Counted from the stretch's first letter, positions 49,512-62,730 are shown. The stretch is 64,000 nucleotides of DNA from Phaeosaccion multiseriatum (GCA_965112735.1 OZ218957.1:1240001-1304000), one strand, 5' to 3'. Program-made: numbers and translations. Notes: generated from the sequence alone by a model not told the origin.

Positions 49512-51783
49512 ATGGAGGCTCCAGAAGAGGAAAACCATGGGTTCAGAGAGCGCCTTCGAGAGAAACAGGTACACGCTCCTTGAGGGTGGCTCGCATTGCT
49601 CATTCCGCAATCCCGCACGCCAAACATTCTCTCGGTGGACAAAATAGGGTCCCTTTTTCCTTTGATATCGTCATTTCTCCTGCTCAGGATGAGCTCAAGG
49701 CCCTTCAGCTCAGTGTCCAGAGCAAGTTGGGAATGGAACTAACAGGGCCTCTTGTCATCCCCTCTTCCTCAGGATGAGCTCAAGGCCCTCCAGTTCAGCT
49801 ACGATGAGTTCTTGGCCTCATCTCGGGAGCTGGAGGAGGAGCTGGAGAAGGAGCTTGAGCAGGCGCAGCAGCGCGTATCGGCACTGGCAGACGAGGTAAG
49901 GGTGAAAAGCACATGTAGGGATACAAAGGAGGCTGGGTTTTCCCTTACGACAAACGCGTGCTTTATACCGTGTATCGTACTCTGCAGAACGCCGACTTGA
50001 CGGTGAAGCTTGAGGAGAGCCAGGCCAAGTTCCGCTCACACACCGCAGAGTCGGCGGCTCTCCAGGATGAGACCAGCCGCCTCAAGACGCTCACTCATGG
50101 CCTGGACAAGGATAAGCACCGCCTCGAGCAGGACACCGACCGCCTCGAGGAGAAGGTGCGCATCCTGGAAGCCTCGGAGGATGTGCTGCGGCACCAGCTG
50201 GACGGCGCCATCGAGGAGAAGATCTTCCTTCAGAACGATCTCGAGGACTTGGACGCGAAGCTACAGCACAGCGAACAGGAGCTCCGCAGCCAGGTGGCTG
50301 ACTTGCAGCAGGAGCTTGCCGTCGCGACTCTGACCGCCACCGCCGCTGACGACAAGCGGCAACAGCAGGAGGAGGAGGAGGAGGCTTTGGGAGAACGGCC
50401 CACCATTTCTTTAGTGGCGAACGGATCGCCCGCCGCACTACTGAGCCCCCGCGGTTTTACGAATGAAGCTGAGGAGCTGATTCAGGCCCTGGAGGAGGAG
50501 GTGGAGCTGCTCACGCAGGAGTTGGAGGACGAAAAGAACCTCACCAGAGAACTTACCACCCACAAGCCGGAAGCAGCCGAGGGAGCTGAGCAAGAGCTGA
50601 CAGGCGTAGAGCGAGTTGCCGCCCAGAACCGCAAATTAGAGAAGGAGCTGGAGCAGCTCAGGGAGATGAATGAGGAGATGGAAAAGGCCTGTGATGACGC
50701 TGCGGATGAAGTGATGGAGAAGAACCAGGAGCAGGCTGCAGTGGAGGAGACGCTGCAGGAGAGGGAACAGGAGCTCGAGGTGGCCAGAGCGCTCCTGAAG
50801 ACTCACGAGGACAAGGTAAACCTTCTTGTAGTGTTCTGTTTGTTTGTTTGGTTGGTTGGTTGTTTGTTTGTTTGTTTGTTTGGGGCTCTCACCAACTGCA
50901 ATGTCATTCATGTGTCGATCGAAAGGTTGCACAAGTAGAGGGCCAAAAAGTGGCAGTCGAGGCCATGGTGGAGGACCTTCACGCGGAGCTCAACGAGAAG
51001 AGCGGCAAAGTAGCAGAGCTGCAGGTCAGTGAGTCATTTAGTCAGTCAATGAGTCAGGCAGTGAGTCAAGGCAGTCAGTGACTCAGTGACGCAGTTACTC
51101 AAGTCTGTCCATCGGTCAAAGCAAGCGCCCTCCATCCAACCTCCCACACCTGGTTCTCCTGCCCCCGTGTCACCGCCGTCGTCACCAATCAGTCCTTGGT
51201 GGACGGGCTGCAGTCCAAGCTGACGGCCTCGCAGAGGAGCTTGGAAGAGGCCCGAGACAGCTTGGAAGAGGAGGCAGCCAAGGTAGAGCAACTCACACAC
51301 CTACCATCAGCACTGCCTTCAGTAGCCACGACAGCAGAGGAGGTGCATCAGCATCCGAGCGAAGAGGATCAGCAAGGAGAGGGGCAGCATACCGGAGAGC
51401 TCTCGCCGGACTCTTCGTCGACGGAGTCGTCTTCGCCGTCGTCGAAGCCCGGTGCGGTGTCTCCTCCAATTCCGGTGTCTCCCATTCCTTCGGCCATGCT
51501 GGATCTTCTCCGCTCAGAGGCCGCAGCGCTCAGCAGTGAAGCCGTGGATCTGGACATATCACTGGACGTGGACTCGTCCGTCCTTACAGAGGGGGTAGAG
51601 GGGGAGGGTGGGGAAGAGGCGGATACCGAGGCGTTGCGAGAGGAAGTGAAGCGTCTTCGGAGAATGCACACCGAGCAGCGGACGGCCAATGCGCAGCTCC
51701 TCGTCAAAGTGCAGGTCTGTGTGTGTGTCTCTGTGTGTGTGTGGCATGACTCTCCCAACCAGCATGTTGACAACCTCCAACAC

Positions 51784-51817
<34 letters not shown>

Positions 51818-53801
51818 GTGTGTGTATCTGTCTGTCTCTTTGTGTGCAGGGCCTCCGAGGGAGCATCAACGTCCTATGCCGCATTCGCCCCCCCACCAAG
51901 GGGGAGGTAGAGGCCCAGGCCAAAGTGGCGGTGGAGGCGCTGGGGATGAATGAGGTGAGACTTGCTTGTCTGAGGAGCAAGCAGAGCACACATCGCAAAC
52001 ACCCACGCACAAATCTCACGCTTCACACGCCCCCTTGCACATGCACGGTTCGGCACGGCAGGTGGGTATCTGGGACAAGCATGCCAAGAAGTGGAAGAGT
52101 CTGGTGATGGACAGAGTGTTGGGTCCCGAAGCCCAACAGAGAGACGTGTTTGCCGAGCTGGAGCCTCTGGCGTTGTCGGCAGTGGACTGTCACAGCGCAT
52201 GCATCCTCGCCTACGGGCAGACGGGCAGCGGTAAGTCGGTGAACAAGTGTGTGTAAGGTGAAAGAGGGGTTCACTGCTGAATCAAAGCGCCCCTTCCCCC
52301 TTCCCCTCCCTGTATGAGAGTAGGCAAAACGTACACCATGATGGGTCGGTCCGTGAGCGGGCAGTACGGCATCTCGTACAGGGTGCTCCACAAGCTGTTT
52401 GATGTGTTGAACCTCAAGGCAGCCGAGCAGGCGTACGCGAGTGCGCAGGGCCAGGCGGAGCAATGGCACACATATACAGTGAGGGTGGCGATGATGGAGA
52501 TTTACAACGAGGAGGTGAGGGACCTGCTCGTGCCGAGTGCTAGTACGGGGGGCAACAACAACAACAACAACAACAACAGCAGTAGCAGTAGCAAGAAGCT
52601 GGACATTCGCAAGGGCAACCACGGCATGATGGAAGTGCCCGGCCTGAGCTTCGAGCAGGTCAACGGCTTGCAGGACGTGATGCGGGTGCTGCAGAGGGGG
52701 AGCGACTCGAGAGCAGTGGCCAAGACAGATGTGCACGACGACTCGTCCCGCAGCCATTCCATACTCATGGTGGAGGTGGTGAGAACCACGACACAGATAA
52801 AGAACGCAGCTGAGGCGGGAGGTGCTGGTGCAGGGCAAGGGGAAGAAGGGGGTGAAACAGAGGAGGAAACGGGGCGGCTCTTCCTGGTAGACCTTGCCGG
52901 GTCGGAACGGGTCAAAAAGTCCGGTGTGACTGGTGCCGAGCTGAAAGAAGCTACGCACATAAACACTTCACTGTCGGCGCTGGGGGATGTGATGCAAGCC
53001 CTCGACAGCAAGGCCAAGCACATTCCCTATCGGAATTCAAAGCTCACCTATCTGCTGCAGGACGCGCTGGGCGGGGGCGCTTGTGCGCGAACGGCAATGG
53101 TGGTGACTGTGTGCCCCACCGAGCTGACCTTGGAGGAGAGTACCTTTACGCTGCAGTTCGCCAACAGGGTACGGCACATTGAGTTGGGCAAGGGGGCACA
53201 GCGCAACGTGCAGGACAAGAATTTGGCCGAGGAAGTACAGCGCCTCAAGGCCTTGGCGAGGGAGGTGGCAAGGGAAAAGGAGGTGGCGGAGAGCGGGTTG
53301 GTGAGCTTACAGCGAGAGCACAAGCGCAGTCAAGCCAAGATGAGCTCTCTACTCGACACGCGGAGTAGGAGCGTGCAGGAGCTGCGCAAAACCACGGAGG
53401 GGGAGCGGGCCTCTCTGCGAGCACAGCTGGAGGACGCACAGAGCAAGCTCGTGGCGGAGAGGCAGGGAAAGAGCAAGGTATTGGGCGACAGAGAGGAGAT
53501 GAGTCGGCAGATTAGCAGACTCACACTCAAACTGGAGGTAGCCGACCGTACGAGGGAGGAGGGGCGGCAACGGGTAGCCGAGAAGGACTCAGAGATATCC
53601 CAGCTTCGGGCGGAGTTGCGGGCCACACGCGCCGAGGTCAGGGACGTCAAGAGATCGACTTCGTCTCCGGCGAAGCGGCCTTTGCTCAGCAAGAAGGGGC
53701 CGCCACAGCACCAGCAGCTGCAGGGGAGTAGGCTGAGGCCGGGGGGGAGGATCGGAGGAGGGTTGCCCAGCACCACGAGCGAGGGTGTGGGGGGCGGCCA
53801 G

Positions 53802-53832
<31 letters not shown>

Positions 53833-54008
53833 GAGGAGGAGCAGGAGGAGCAGGTGCAGGAGTAGGGGGGACGGGAGGGACGATACGGAGGCCGTCGGCG
53901 AGTCAGGTGCGGCCGCCCTCTGCAGGGGAGCGGAGACAAGCGGCACTGGACAGGCACCACGAGAGAATGCGGAAGATCCACGAAGCTCGAGCGGACAGGG
54001 AAAAATGA
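49512..54008 (+). CDS. Kinesin-14-type motor with N-terminal NudE/NDEL1-like coiled-coil domain
   Basis: In-frame exons 49512-49568, 49773-49894, 49989-50815, 50926-51024, 51193-51714, 51850-51954, ~52062-52230, ~52324-54008. Neck 'LRGSINVLCRIRP', P-loop AYGQTGSGKTYTM, SSRSH, LVDLAGSER, HIPYRNSKLTYLLQDALGG. Confidence 0.9.
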
Positions 54009-54098
54009 GACAAACGCCTTTAGTTTTTAATTATTTTAATTCATACTTCATTAGTAACAAGTAGTGAGAAGGGGGGGAGGTCAAACAATTGGTAAGGT

Positions 54099-56228
54099 TC
54101 AAAGGAGCTTCTGCTGCACCCCAAGACGCGCCTCAAGCAGCTCGATGGCCTCTTGGTACTTCTCCTTCTTGGCCTGAACACGACACGCACGCAAACACAC
54201 AGCGCAGGGGTTGGTTGGTTGGTGGGTCTTTCACTCAACTTTCTCACCATCTCTCCCTCCCTGCCTTATCCCTGATCGTAGTATATCGTACCTGCAGCTG
54301 CGTGTGCCTTTGGGAGCAGTAGCCGTGCTGGGGGGCGAGCTGGCGTTCTGTGTTGTCCAGAGCCGCTCTCTGCAGGTTGTCGTACGTGGCGTTCCTCCTC
54401 TTGATGGAGAAGTATAAGCTGCTCGAGGGGCGAGGAAGGAGGCAAACAGATTCAGTGAGTGGGTAGGGAAGGGCGAGACGGGACTCCGCTGTGTTGCTCT
54501 CCCCACCGAGAGACCAAGACATCGAGACAATCCTCGACACGAAGAGACTGACTGACTGACTGACTGACGGACTGACTGACCTGCTCCCCACGGTGTAGGT
54601 GAGCATTAAAAAATAGGATGCCGGCTGTGGTGTGGGGCAAGTCAAGTGGGTTGTCAAAGGTCGGCAGGTCAGACAGGGTGTGGAGGTCATTTCGATGGTC
54701 AGAAGGCTTCTCCACGCCCCTCATCTTGTGCCCCCGCCCCTACCCCTACCCGTGCCCCTGCCCCTGCTCGTATGCCTACCCCTGCCCCTGCCCATATGCC
54801 TGGCCCCCCTCTCTCACCTCCATAACGTCCCAGCTGTACACCCCATACACGTAATGGAACAGGATACCAAACTGCGCCAATGTCAAGGCACAAGGAAGAA
54901 GCGGGAGCATGCGTGAGAGCGAGTGAGACAGGGTGCGTTGGGAGTGATCGATATCTGAGCGATCTACCTGTCCGGTCATGAAGACGAGTACGCCTCCTTT
55001 CTTGATGGTGGCGTTTCTGTTTGCCTTGGCGACGACTGCCTCCCTCCGTTCCACCAACGCCTTCTCCTCCTCTTCCCAGCGAGCCAAGTCCGAGCGGAGA
55101 ATGCCAAGGCGAGTCTCCACATTGAGTTTGTCCCTTGAGAGAGGGGAGAGGAGAGATACAGGGAAGGGAGGGGGCTGAGAACGGGTGCTCGGATGGCCAC
55201 GGGTGCAGGGAGGACTTGCGTACGGAGCTCAGAACGACTCACTCGTGCAGCAGACTGGCCATCTCCGCCGTGAAGCCTTCTCCTGCGGGGTTCAGTAGCA
55301 CCACTCGACTGCTGTTATCCTCCCCCTCCAGAGCAGACCCGCCCCCGAACATGCTGGAGCTGTTGCCCAGGCCCTGCTCCACCACAGTTGCCAGCCCCTC
55401 TGACATTAGCGCGCTGAGCCATCTCTCCATCAGGATGGGGTCAGCGCCCATCTCGGTGCAGAGGGCCTCATACTCGTTCTGACTCAGCTTGAGCTTGCCC
55501 ATGTCCACCACGCGCTGCTTGAAAGGCGCATACTTGGAGGGAACCACAAACGCGCTGTCCTCCAGCCTGGGGTTTCGTTCGTCGCGTGATGTTTAGAGAC
55601 TGCGATATTCAATAAGAACGAGCTGGAACCCTTCATCGCACTCACCTTTCTTCATTCAGAACCCTCATTCTCGTTTCTCCAACGCTAATGAGCATCTCCT
55701 GTTGGGCACGGTGGAGAAGGAATGGTCCGGGCCCGTAAGAGACCCCCCACGACAGAGACAGAGCGGCACACAAGGGGACCTACCTTGATGCCCGCGTCTG
55801 TTAAACAGGTGCCGTTGGCCATCCTATGGTCCATTGCGTTGTTCACCACTACGCTATGAATGGAGCCATCCAGTTGGAGCAGCTTCTCTTTCAGCGTCTT
55901 GACGCTGCATGGGAGGCGCAAAAAGTGAGAGAGAGGAAAAGGAAAAGGGGGCTATCTCCTTTTCCATCAAGACTTACGTGGCACCCGCAGGCAAGTTAAT
56001 GGGAGTAAGGCCCTTCACAGAAGGAAGAGGAAGAGTCATGCTAATGCTCCCACTGCCAGACAAGCGCATAGGTACAGTGACATCCGCTGTGGGATTGCTC
56101 TTCGGAATGTGGGGCGTGGTAGTCACGGTGGAGAGTGGACAGTAGGCAGGCGGGAAGTGAAGCCGCCGCTTTGCAGCCTTCCCCACACTCCTCCCCCCAA
56201 ACGACGCGGCTACACGCAGCAGCGCCAT
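54099..56228 (-). CDS. MCU: Mitochondrial calcium uniporter pore subunit
   Basis: Arg/Ser-rich presequence MALLRVAASF..., coiled coil, TM1 'GGVLVFMTGQFGILFHYVY', selectivity filter 'YSWDVMEPASYF' split by an intron, TM2. Confidence 0.88.
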
Positions 56229-56380
56229 CACTCTCAACAAAAAGAATGACAAAAAGACGGAAAAACGTCCCGTTGACATAGTGGTATAGTGGCTGTCCTT
56301 GACATACGCAACGCCACCTTACGGTCCATCGCATTGATTGGGGAGCCGATCAAGGAAGGCCAAGTGGACATGTGGAGACA

Positions 56381-56414
56381 ATGTGTGTGGCTTGGCAGAC
56401 CCCACCTCTGCTTC

Positions 56415-56453
<39 letters not shown>

Positions 56454-57209
56454 TCTACGGCGGACTCCGGATCTTCTCGTCTTCACACCCACCCCAGGGC
56501 TTCCAATATGGAGGCCGCTCGCCGCCAGTGCTGGGGGGTCTCTCCAGCAATAGCAGTAGAGGTGGGCCCGTAGCAGGGAGAGGGAGGGGAAGAGGGAGAG
56601 GTGGCGCAGGGAGGGGAAGAGGCGGCACAAGGCAGCAGAGGCAGATGGCCACGAGAAGACGAATAGAGCAGGCAGGGAAGCGCAGGGAGTGGAAGAGTGT
56701 GCTTTCCATCCTTCAGGAGAGCGAGGATAACAACCTCATCATTTTCAACAGCGCCATTTCTGCCTTGGGGGCGTCACGGAGGTGGAAGGAAGGGCTGCGC
56801 GTCGTGGACACCATGAGAGAGAAAGGGGTGGATCCAGACATTCGGACGTTCAACGCTTGCTTGAATGCCATGGGAAAGGCCGGCGAGTTCTCCTCTGCGC
56901 AGGCGCTAATGATCGAAATGGAAGGGCGGGGGGTGCAGCCAGACGCGTTTTCCTTCTCCGCTCTCATGCAGGCAGCAGTGAAGGCTCGCCTGGGGGAGAA
57001 GGTGGCTTCATCCTTGCTCCAGACGATGCGATGTACTTACGGCATTGCCCCTGGGCAAGTGCACTATGGAGCAGCCATCGCCTCTTGCAGCTCTGGCTCG
57101 AAGTGGGCGCTGCAGCTTCTCGAGGAAATGAAGTCTTGTGGCTTGCCGCTCAACACCATCATCTACACAACAGTGAGTCAGTGAGTCAGCTTTCATGTGT
57201 GTGTATGTG

Positions 57210-57247
<38 letters not shown>

Positions 57248-58651
57248 TGTGTGTGTGGTGTGTGTGTGTGTGTGTTTGTGTGTAGCCCACAAATGTCACC
57301 TACCATTAATTTGCACCCTCCCCCAAACGTGCTCACCACCCCACTCACTTAGCTTATGTCCAAGGTGGAAGCCGGGAGGGCAATCCAGCTGTTTGCTGAA
57401 ATGAAAGACGAGGGAGTGCTGCCCAACGAAGTGACGTATAACGCCGTCATCGGGGCGTGCGCCAAGGCGGCCAGAGCTGACGAGGCCCTTGAGCTGCTGA
57501 TGGAGATGGGTGAGGTGCGTGGTGTTCACACTGTTTCACTACTACTGTTCGACTCCCATTGGGATGGGTACCAACACTTGGTTCCTTTCTCGCACTACCA
57601 CTTTCAATCACACAGGTGGGACTAGGGCGCAACACCTTTACGTACTGCAGCGCAATGGACGCGTGCCGCAAGGCAGGCCGAGCGGAGCGGGCAGTCTCCT
57701 TGTTGCGGGAGATGCGAGCCGAGGGGGTCGCTCCGAACTTGGTGGGTCTGGTCTATTTCCTGCTGTGGTGGTGTGGTATTATGTGAATGGGGCTCTTCAG
57801 TGAACGATCTATCAATTCTTGGTGGTAATTGTTAGTGGGTGTTGTCCTCCTGCTCCTCGTCGTTGCTGTGTAGGCGTGTTACAACTGCGCCATTTCCGCG
57901 CTGGCAAAGGCCAACTTGCGCGAGCAGGCCTTTGGCTTGTTCCGTGAAATGAAAGAGGGAAACCTGCAGCCCGACTCTACTACTTACGGAGCTATGATAG
58001 ACGCGTGCGGGGATAACGCAGCCCTGGCCATCGAGCTGGTGGCGGAGATGCGGGAGAGCAATCTCATAGCTGGGGTGGTGCAGTACTCATCCGCCATTGC
58101 CGCTTGCGCCAAGGAAGGAAGGGTGGACCTGGCCAAAGAGCTTCTGCGAGAAATGAAGGACAAGGGGGTGATGCCCAACGCCTTCTCGTACAGCTCTGCG
58201 ATTACTGCTTGTGCCAACGCGGGGGAGCACGAGGAAGCGATTGCCTTGCTGGAAGCGATGAGCAGGGAGGGTATAGAGCCCAATTTGGTGGCGTATGGCG
58301 CGGCGATTTCGGTACGTAGTGCTGTACCAGCCGACCGTGCCCCCCCCATTCCTCCCACCCTGCCTGTCCAGCGGTCTGAATAGAGCTGCTTGTGCCATGC
58401 CCCCCCCCCCTCCCCCCTCCCCCACCCCCCAGGCCTGCAGCCGGGGTCGCTCTTGGCAGACAGCTTTGGGCTTGCTGGAGGAGATGACCGAGCGCGGACT
58501 TGAACCCGCTTTGCAGCACTACAATGCTGCCGTTGATGCTGTCGCCCGCGCAGGTAGCTTAGTGACCTTTGCGACCTATGACTGACCTCACAGAGGAAGA
58601 AGCGCAACACAGATATGCGCCTCCCTCCCTGCCTGTTTGTCTGACAGTCCC

Positions 58652-58716
<65 letters not shown>

Positions 58717-59668
58717 GCCTCTCTCTCTCTCTCTGTCCTCCAGGCCAGGTGGACGATTGCCGTGCACTCTTGACTCGCATGCACAACGCAGGCGTGAGCC
58801 CCGACATCATTACCCTGAATACGTTCCTGCACGGTTGCCATGTGAGCCTCCGCATCAAGAACAAGAAGCAGCTCCGAGACGGTACAGGAGCCCTGAGCGG
58901 GGGGAGGGCCGGGGAGCAGGCCCACGCCTTGCTCAGCGAAGGAGACCACAGCAGCAGCAGCAGCAGCAACAGCAGTAGCAGCAGCAGCAACAGTAGCAGC
59001 AGCAGTAGTATAAGCAAAAGTAGTAGCAGCAGCAGTGCACCAGAGGTCAAGCTCGTCCTGCAGCTCTTGCAAGTCGTGCAGAAGAACGGCCTTCGCCCGG
59101 ACAAGGTAGGTCGAGGGAGAGAGAGTGGAAGGAGGGAGGGCCGAAAGGACGCAGGGCTGGTGATGGAAGGGACAGTGACGTAAGATGCTACCTCTTTCAA
59201 CCCTTTGACCACCCCCCCCCCCGCCCCGCCCCGGGCTTCTCTCAACTCTCAACCCTCACTGAACCTTCTTGACTTGACGCACATTAGGCCACATACAGCT
59301 CTGCGATCGCCGCTATGGAGGAGGCGGGGGAGACTCTGGAGTGCGACAGACTCTACGCGAAAGCATACGCTGAGGGAGTGCTGCAGCACTGGAAGAAGCA
59401 TGGTCAGCAGGAGAAGAGGTTTATGGATTTGCATTTCTTCTCCGTCGCAACGGGAAGGGCCGCTCTGAGGCACGCTCTCTTGGAAGAGAAGGTGTCAGGG
59501 AGCGTGTATGTGCTGACCGGGAAGGGCAAGCGCAGTCACGGAGGGGTGGGCGTCTTGAAGCCGGCCCTCCTCGCCTACGCCAAGGAGGAGCTGGGGCTGA
59601 GGGCGAGGGAGGACCCGGAGAATGAGGCGCAGTTTATCATGGCCATGCAACCAAGTCCTGATTACTGA
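56381..59668 (+). CDS. Pentatricopeptide repeat protein with C-terminal SMR domain (PPR-SMR)
   Basis: Many 35-aa PPR units (e.g. 'GVMPNAFSYSSAITACANAGEHEEAIALLEAM'); SMR 'MDLHFFS..VYVLTGKGKRS..VLKPALL'. Start codon uncertain. Confidence 0.9.
57196..57282. repeat. (TG)n microsatellite in PPR intron
   Basis: Visible imperfect TG array. Confidence 0.9.
58652..58735. repeat. (TGTC)n + (TC)n microsatellite in PPR intron
   Basis: Visible array preceding the acceptor at 58743. Confidence 0.9.
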
Positions 59669-59732
59669 CTGTATTGATTATGATGGAAGAGCTGTAGAGC
59701 TGTGTGGCCCCAAGCCCCTCGATGTCTACTCT

Positions 59733-62730
59733 CTACATCTCTGCCCTGAGGGGCATGGCCATGAGATCTATGAGCCCCTCTCTGGGGCTGAGGTTCCCCG
59801 TGAGGATGTCCGCCACACCTGCGCCACAGCCGGGCGGGGGAGGGTGACGAGCAAGCGACAGGCAAGGCAAGAGAGAGAGAAGCAAGCGTTTAGCAAGGCA
59901 ACGCCCATCGCCCCCCTTTTTCACCCACGCACGCACGCACGCACGCACCCACCCACCCTCTCTCCTTTCTCAGCAAAGAGCTTCCTGTCCCTCTCAGCAT
60001 CAGTCTCAGTCTCACTGGCACTCACCGAAGATGATGGAGTACTTAAGGTCAATGCGGTAGGAGTTGTCGATGCGGGGGATGAGCTCCGCCAAGGCGAGGC
60101 TCGTGGCGACTCCCTCCGCCACCTCCGTCGTACTGGCCAGAATGTCCTCCATACTCTCGCCCTGAGCGACGCCACGTCACGCCATGTCAGACCGAGAGAG
60201 AGAGAGAAGGCGGGAGGAGGGAGAGAGGGCAAGAGAGCAGAGCGCAGAGAGAGAAGACAGGAGACAGACAGAAGGAGCGAGACAAGAGTGAGGGAGGGAG
60301 AGGAAGAGGGCGAGAGAGGTAAGGGAAAAGGAAGAGAAGAGAGGGGGACAGAGAGGAGAGAGATAGACCCAGCCGTGAGCGCCTTCTGTCAGCCTACAGC
60401 CCCGTGCTGCCCGGTGCTACCTCAACCCCGCTCCTTCGCTCCTTACCTTGCCGAGTCGGATGCCAAAGTTTCGGTTTCGGCTCAGAGGTCCGAAACAAGT
60501 CCCAAACGTGTCCCCCACGCCGCTCAAACCGGACAGCGTTTCTGGACTGTGGAGCGAGCGAGCGAGCGAGCAAAGAGAGGGTGGACATAAGGTCAAAAGC
60601 CAAGAGTCAGAGAACCCTTCACCGCTCGAGGGGATTATCGAGGTACCACACCGATCCGATACTACGCCGCTTTCGCCGCTCCGCCGCCCCTCCACCCTCA
60701 CCCTAACCCTATAAAACTAAAAGTTCATCCCCCCCTCCCTCGCCCTCACCTCCCCCCCATGATCTTGGACAGCCTCCGCATCTCTCCGCAGCCCCGAGTC
60801 ACGAGCGCCGCCATGGCATTGGTACCGAGGCCCAGGCCTTCGCACATACCCGCTGCGAGGGCAATGACGTTCTTGACGGCACCTCCCACCTCCACGCCCA
60901 CAACGTCACTGCTCGTAAAGCACCTATGGAGTGGAGAAGTAAGTAAGTCCGGGGGAGTGGAGAAGAGGTGCGGGGAAAGCAAGCGCCAGCAGGCAAGTCA
61001 GGCTTTAGTGCAAAAGCGATCGCACTCCTCGTACCCTCGAGGTGCAGTTTGGGCTCTTCCTTCCATATTTCTTTCAAAAGCCGACACCACACAGACACCG
61101 CCTCGCCTACCCTCCCCTCCTCTCCCCTTCGCCCAGCCCATCGCAATCCTTCGCTTAGCTCACCTAAAGTTGGGATTGGCCAGCACCTGGGGCCGGGGGT
61201 TGGAAATAGAGAGAGAGCAAAGCAAAGCAGAGCAGAGCAGGGAAGAGTAGAGCGGGCATGTACGAATAAGATGGAAGAAATGAAACAAACATGCGAACCC
61301 CCCACCTCGCACACACCACACGCGCATCGCACCTGACTGAAGTCGTTGGCGAGTATTCTATCGTTGCTCGCCACCACCACCGCTGTGGCAAGGTTGTTGG
61401 CGATTTCTTGCGCGAACGAGGGGCCGCTGAGGAAGGCGTAGCCCCTCTCCGCGCCGCACACGTCCACGAGAATATCCTTCATGAGGCATAGAGAGTCCGT
61501 CTCAATGCCCTGTGCAAGCATTGCGCAAAACAACACAACTCAGAGTGTGGTCTCATTAGTGGTTTCGGCCTTGGCGGCCACAAGCATCAGCATGTGAGCA
61601 CCACCAGCGGGACCCCACTCGCACACGAAGACTACCATAAAAGCCAACACTGCCTGCCTGCTTGCCTACCTTGGACACGGAGAGGATGGGCGCTCCAGGC
61701 GGCATGAAAGTGACCACCTCCTGCAGGAACTTTCGGGAGTACTGCACAGGCACCGCGTGAACGATGTAGGTGGCATCGTTGAGTGCCACGAAGGGGTCTG
61801 TCGTGGCTCGCACGAGGAACGGGAGTTTGATTCCCTGAACATGCAGGGGGCAGGGTCATGGGTAGGGTGAAGGGTCAGGGGTAAGTGGAGAGAAAGGCCG
61901 GCTTCTTGACGACGTGGCGCGCACACGCATTTGCCGCCCCACCACCTACTTGCCTGCAGGTACATGGGATGCTCGTGGTGGATATTGATATGATCGGCCA
62001 CGGCCTGCGTTCGTACAAGGATCATAGATGGGACCTGCAGAGCGAGGGGGGGGGCATTGGGGCGTTGGGGAGTCGTGGTGTGCGTCTGCTCGTCTGCTCG
62101 TGGTGTACGTCCATCCCACACCACGGGCCTCTCGTCCCTCTTGCACATCCCATCTACTCACCCACCCAGCCACCCACCTACCTGGTTCCTCGCCAACACG
62201 AAGCTCATGGCCAGGCCGAAGTTGCCGCCCCCCAAAATAGCCACACGCACGGGGTAGGGCAGAGAGCCCCCTACACCCCACTGCTGCGTGGTTCTCGCTG
62301 CCGAGAGGCGCAGCCCGTCTCGCGTAGCTCGCGCAGGTCTGTGCTGAGCAGAGCTTCTCAGCAGTGGATTCTCTCCCCACGTCGCATTGGTACCACCATC
62401 CTCCCTGGAAGTTGCGTCCTCTCCACTGCAGCCTTTCAACTTGCTTCTGCTACCCCCTCTCCTGCCCCTTCTTCTCCTACTTGTCCAAGCACCATCCCCA
62501 GCGTCTAAACTTCGCGCATTCTGACAATGCCTAGTGGAGCTGCACTTTGCACAGAATCCCTGTGCTGGTGTTCTAGTACTTTTCTTTTTTTCGTTCCTTG
62601 CACCCCCCTCCTTGCTGCTGCTGTACAAGGAGGACGATGATGCAAAAGGCTGCTGCAGGTGGAATGCCGCAACAACATATGTATGAATCAATAGAACGAG
62701 CGCTACGCCTGCTGGGAGCAGCCTCCACAT
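59733..62730 (-). CDS. NAD(P)H-dependent glycerol-3-phosphate dehydrogenase (GpsA type), plastid-targeted
   Basis: Presequence MWRLL...VVAA-FHL; '[10 protein letters not shown]', 'HAVPVQ', 'SVSKGIE', '[10 protein letters not shown]', '[28 protein letters not shown]', '[19 protein letters not shown]'. Confidence 0.93.
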
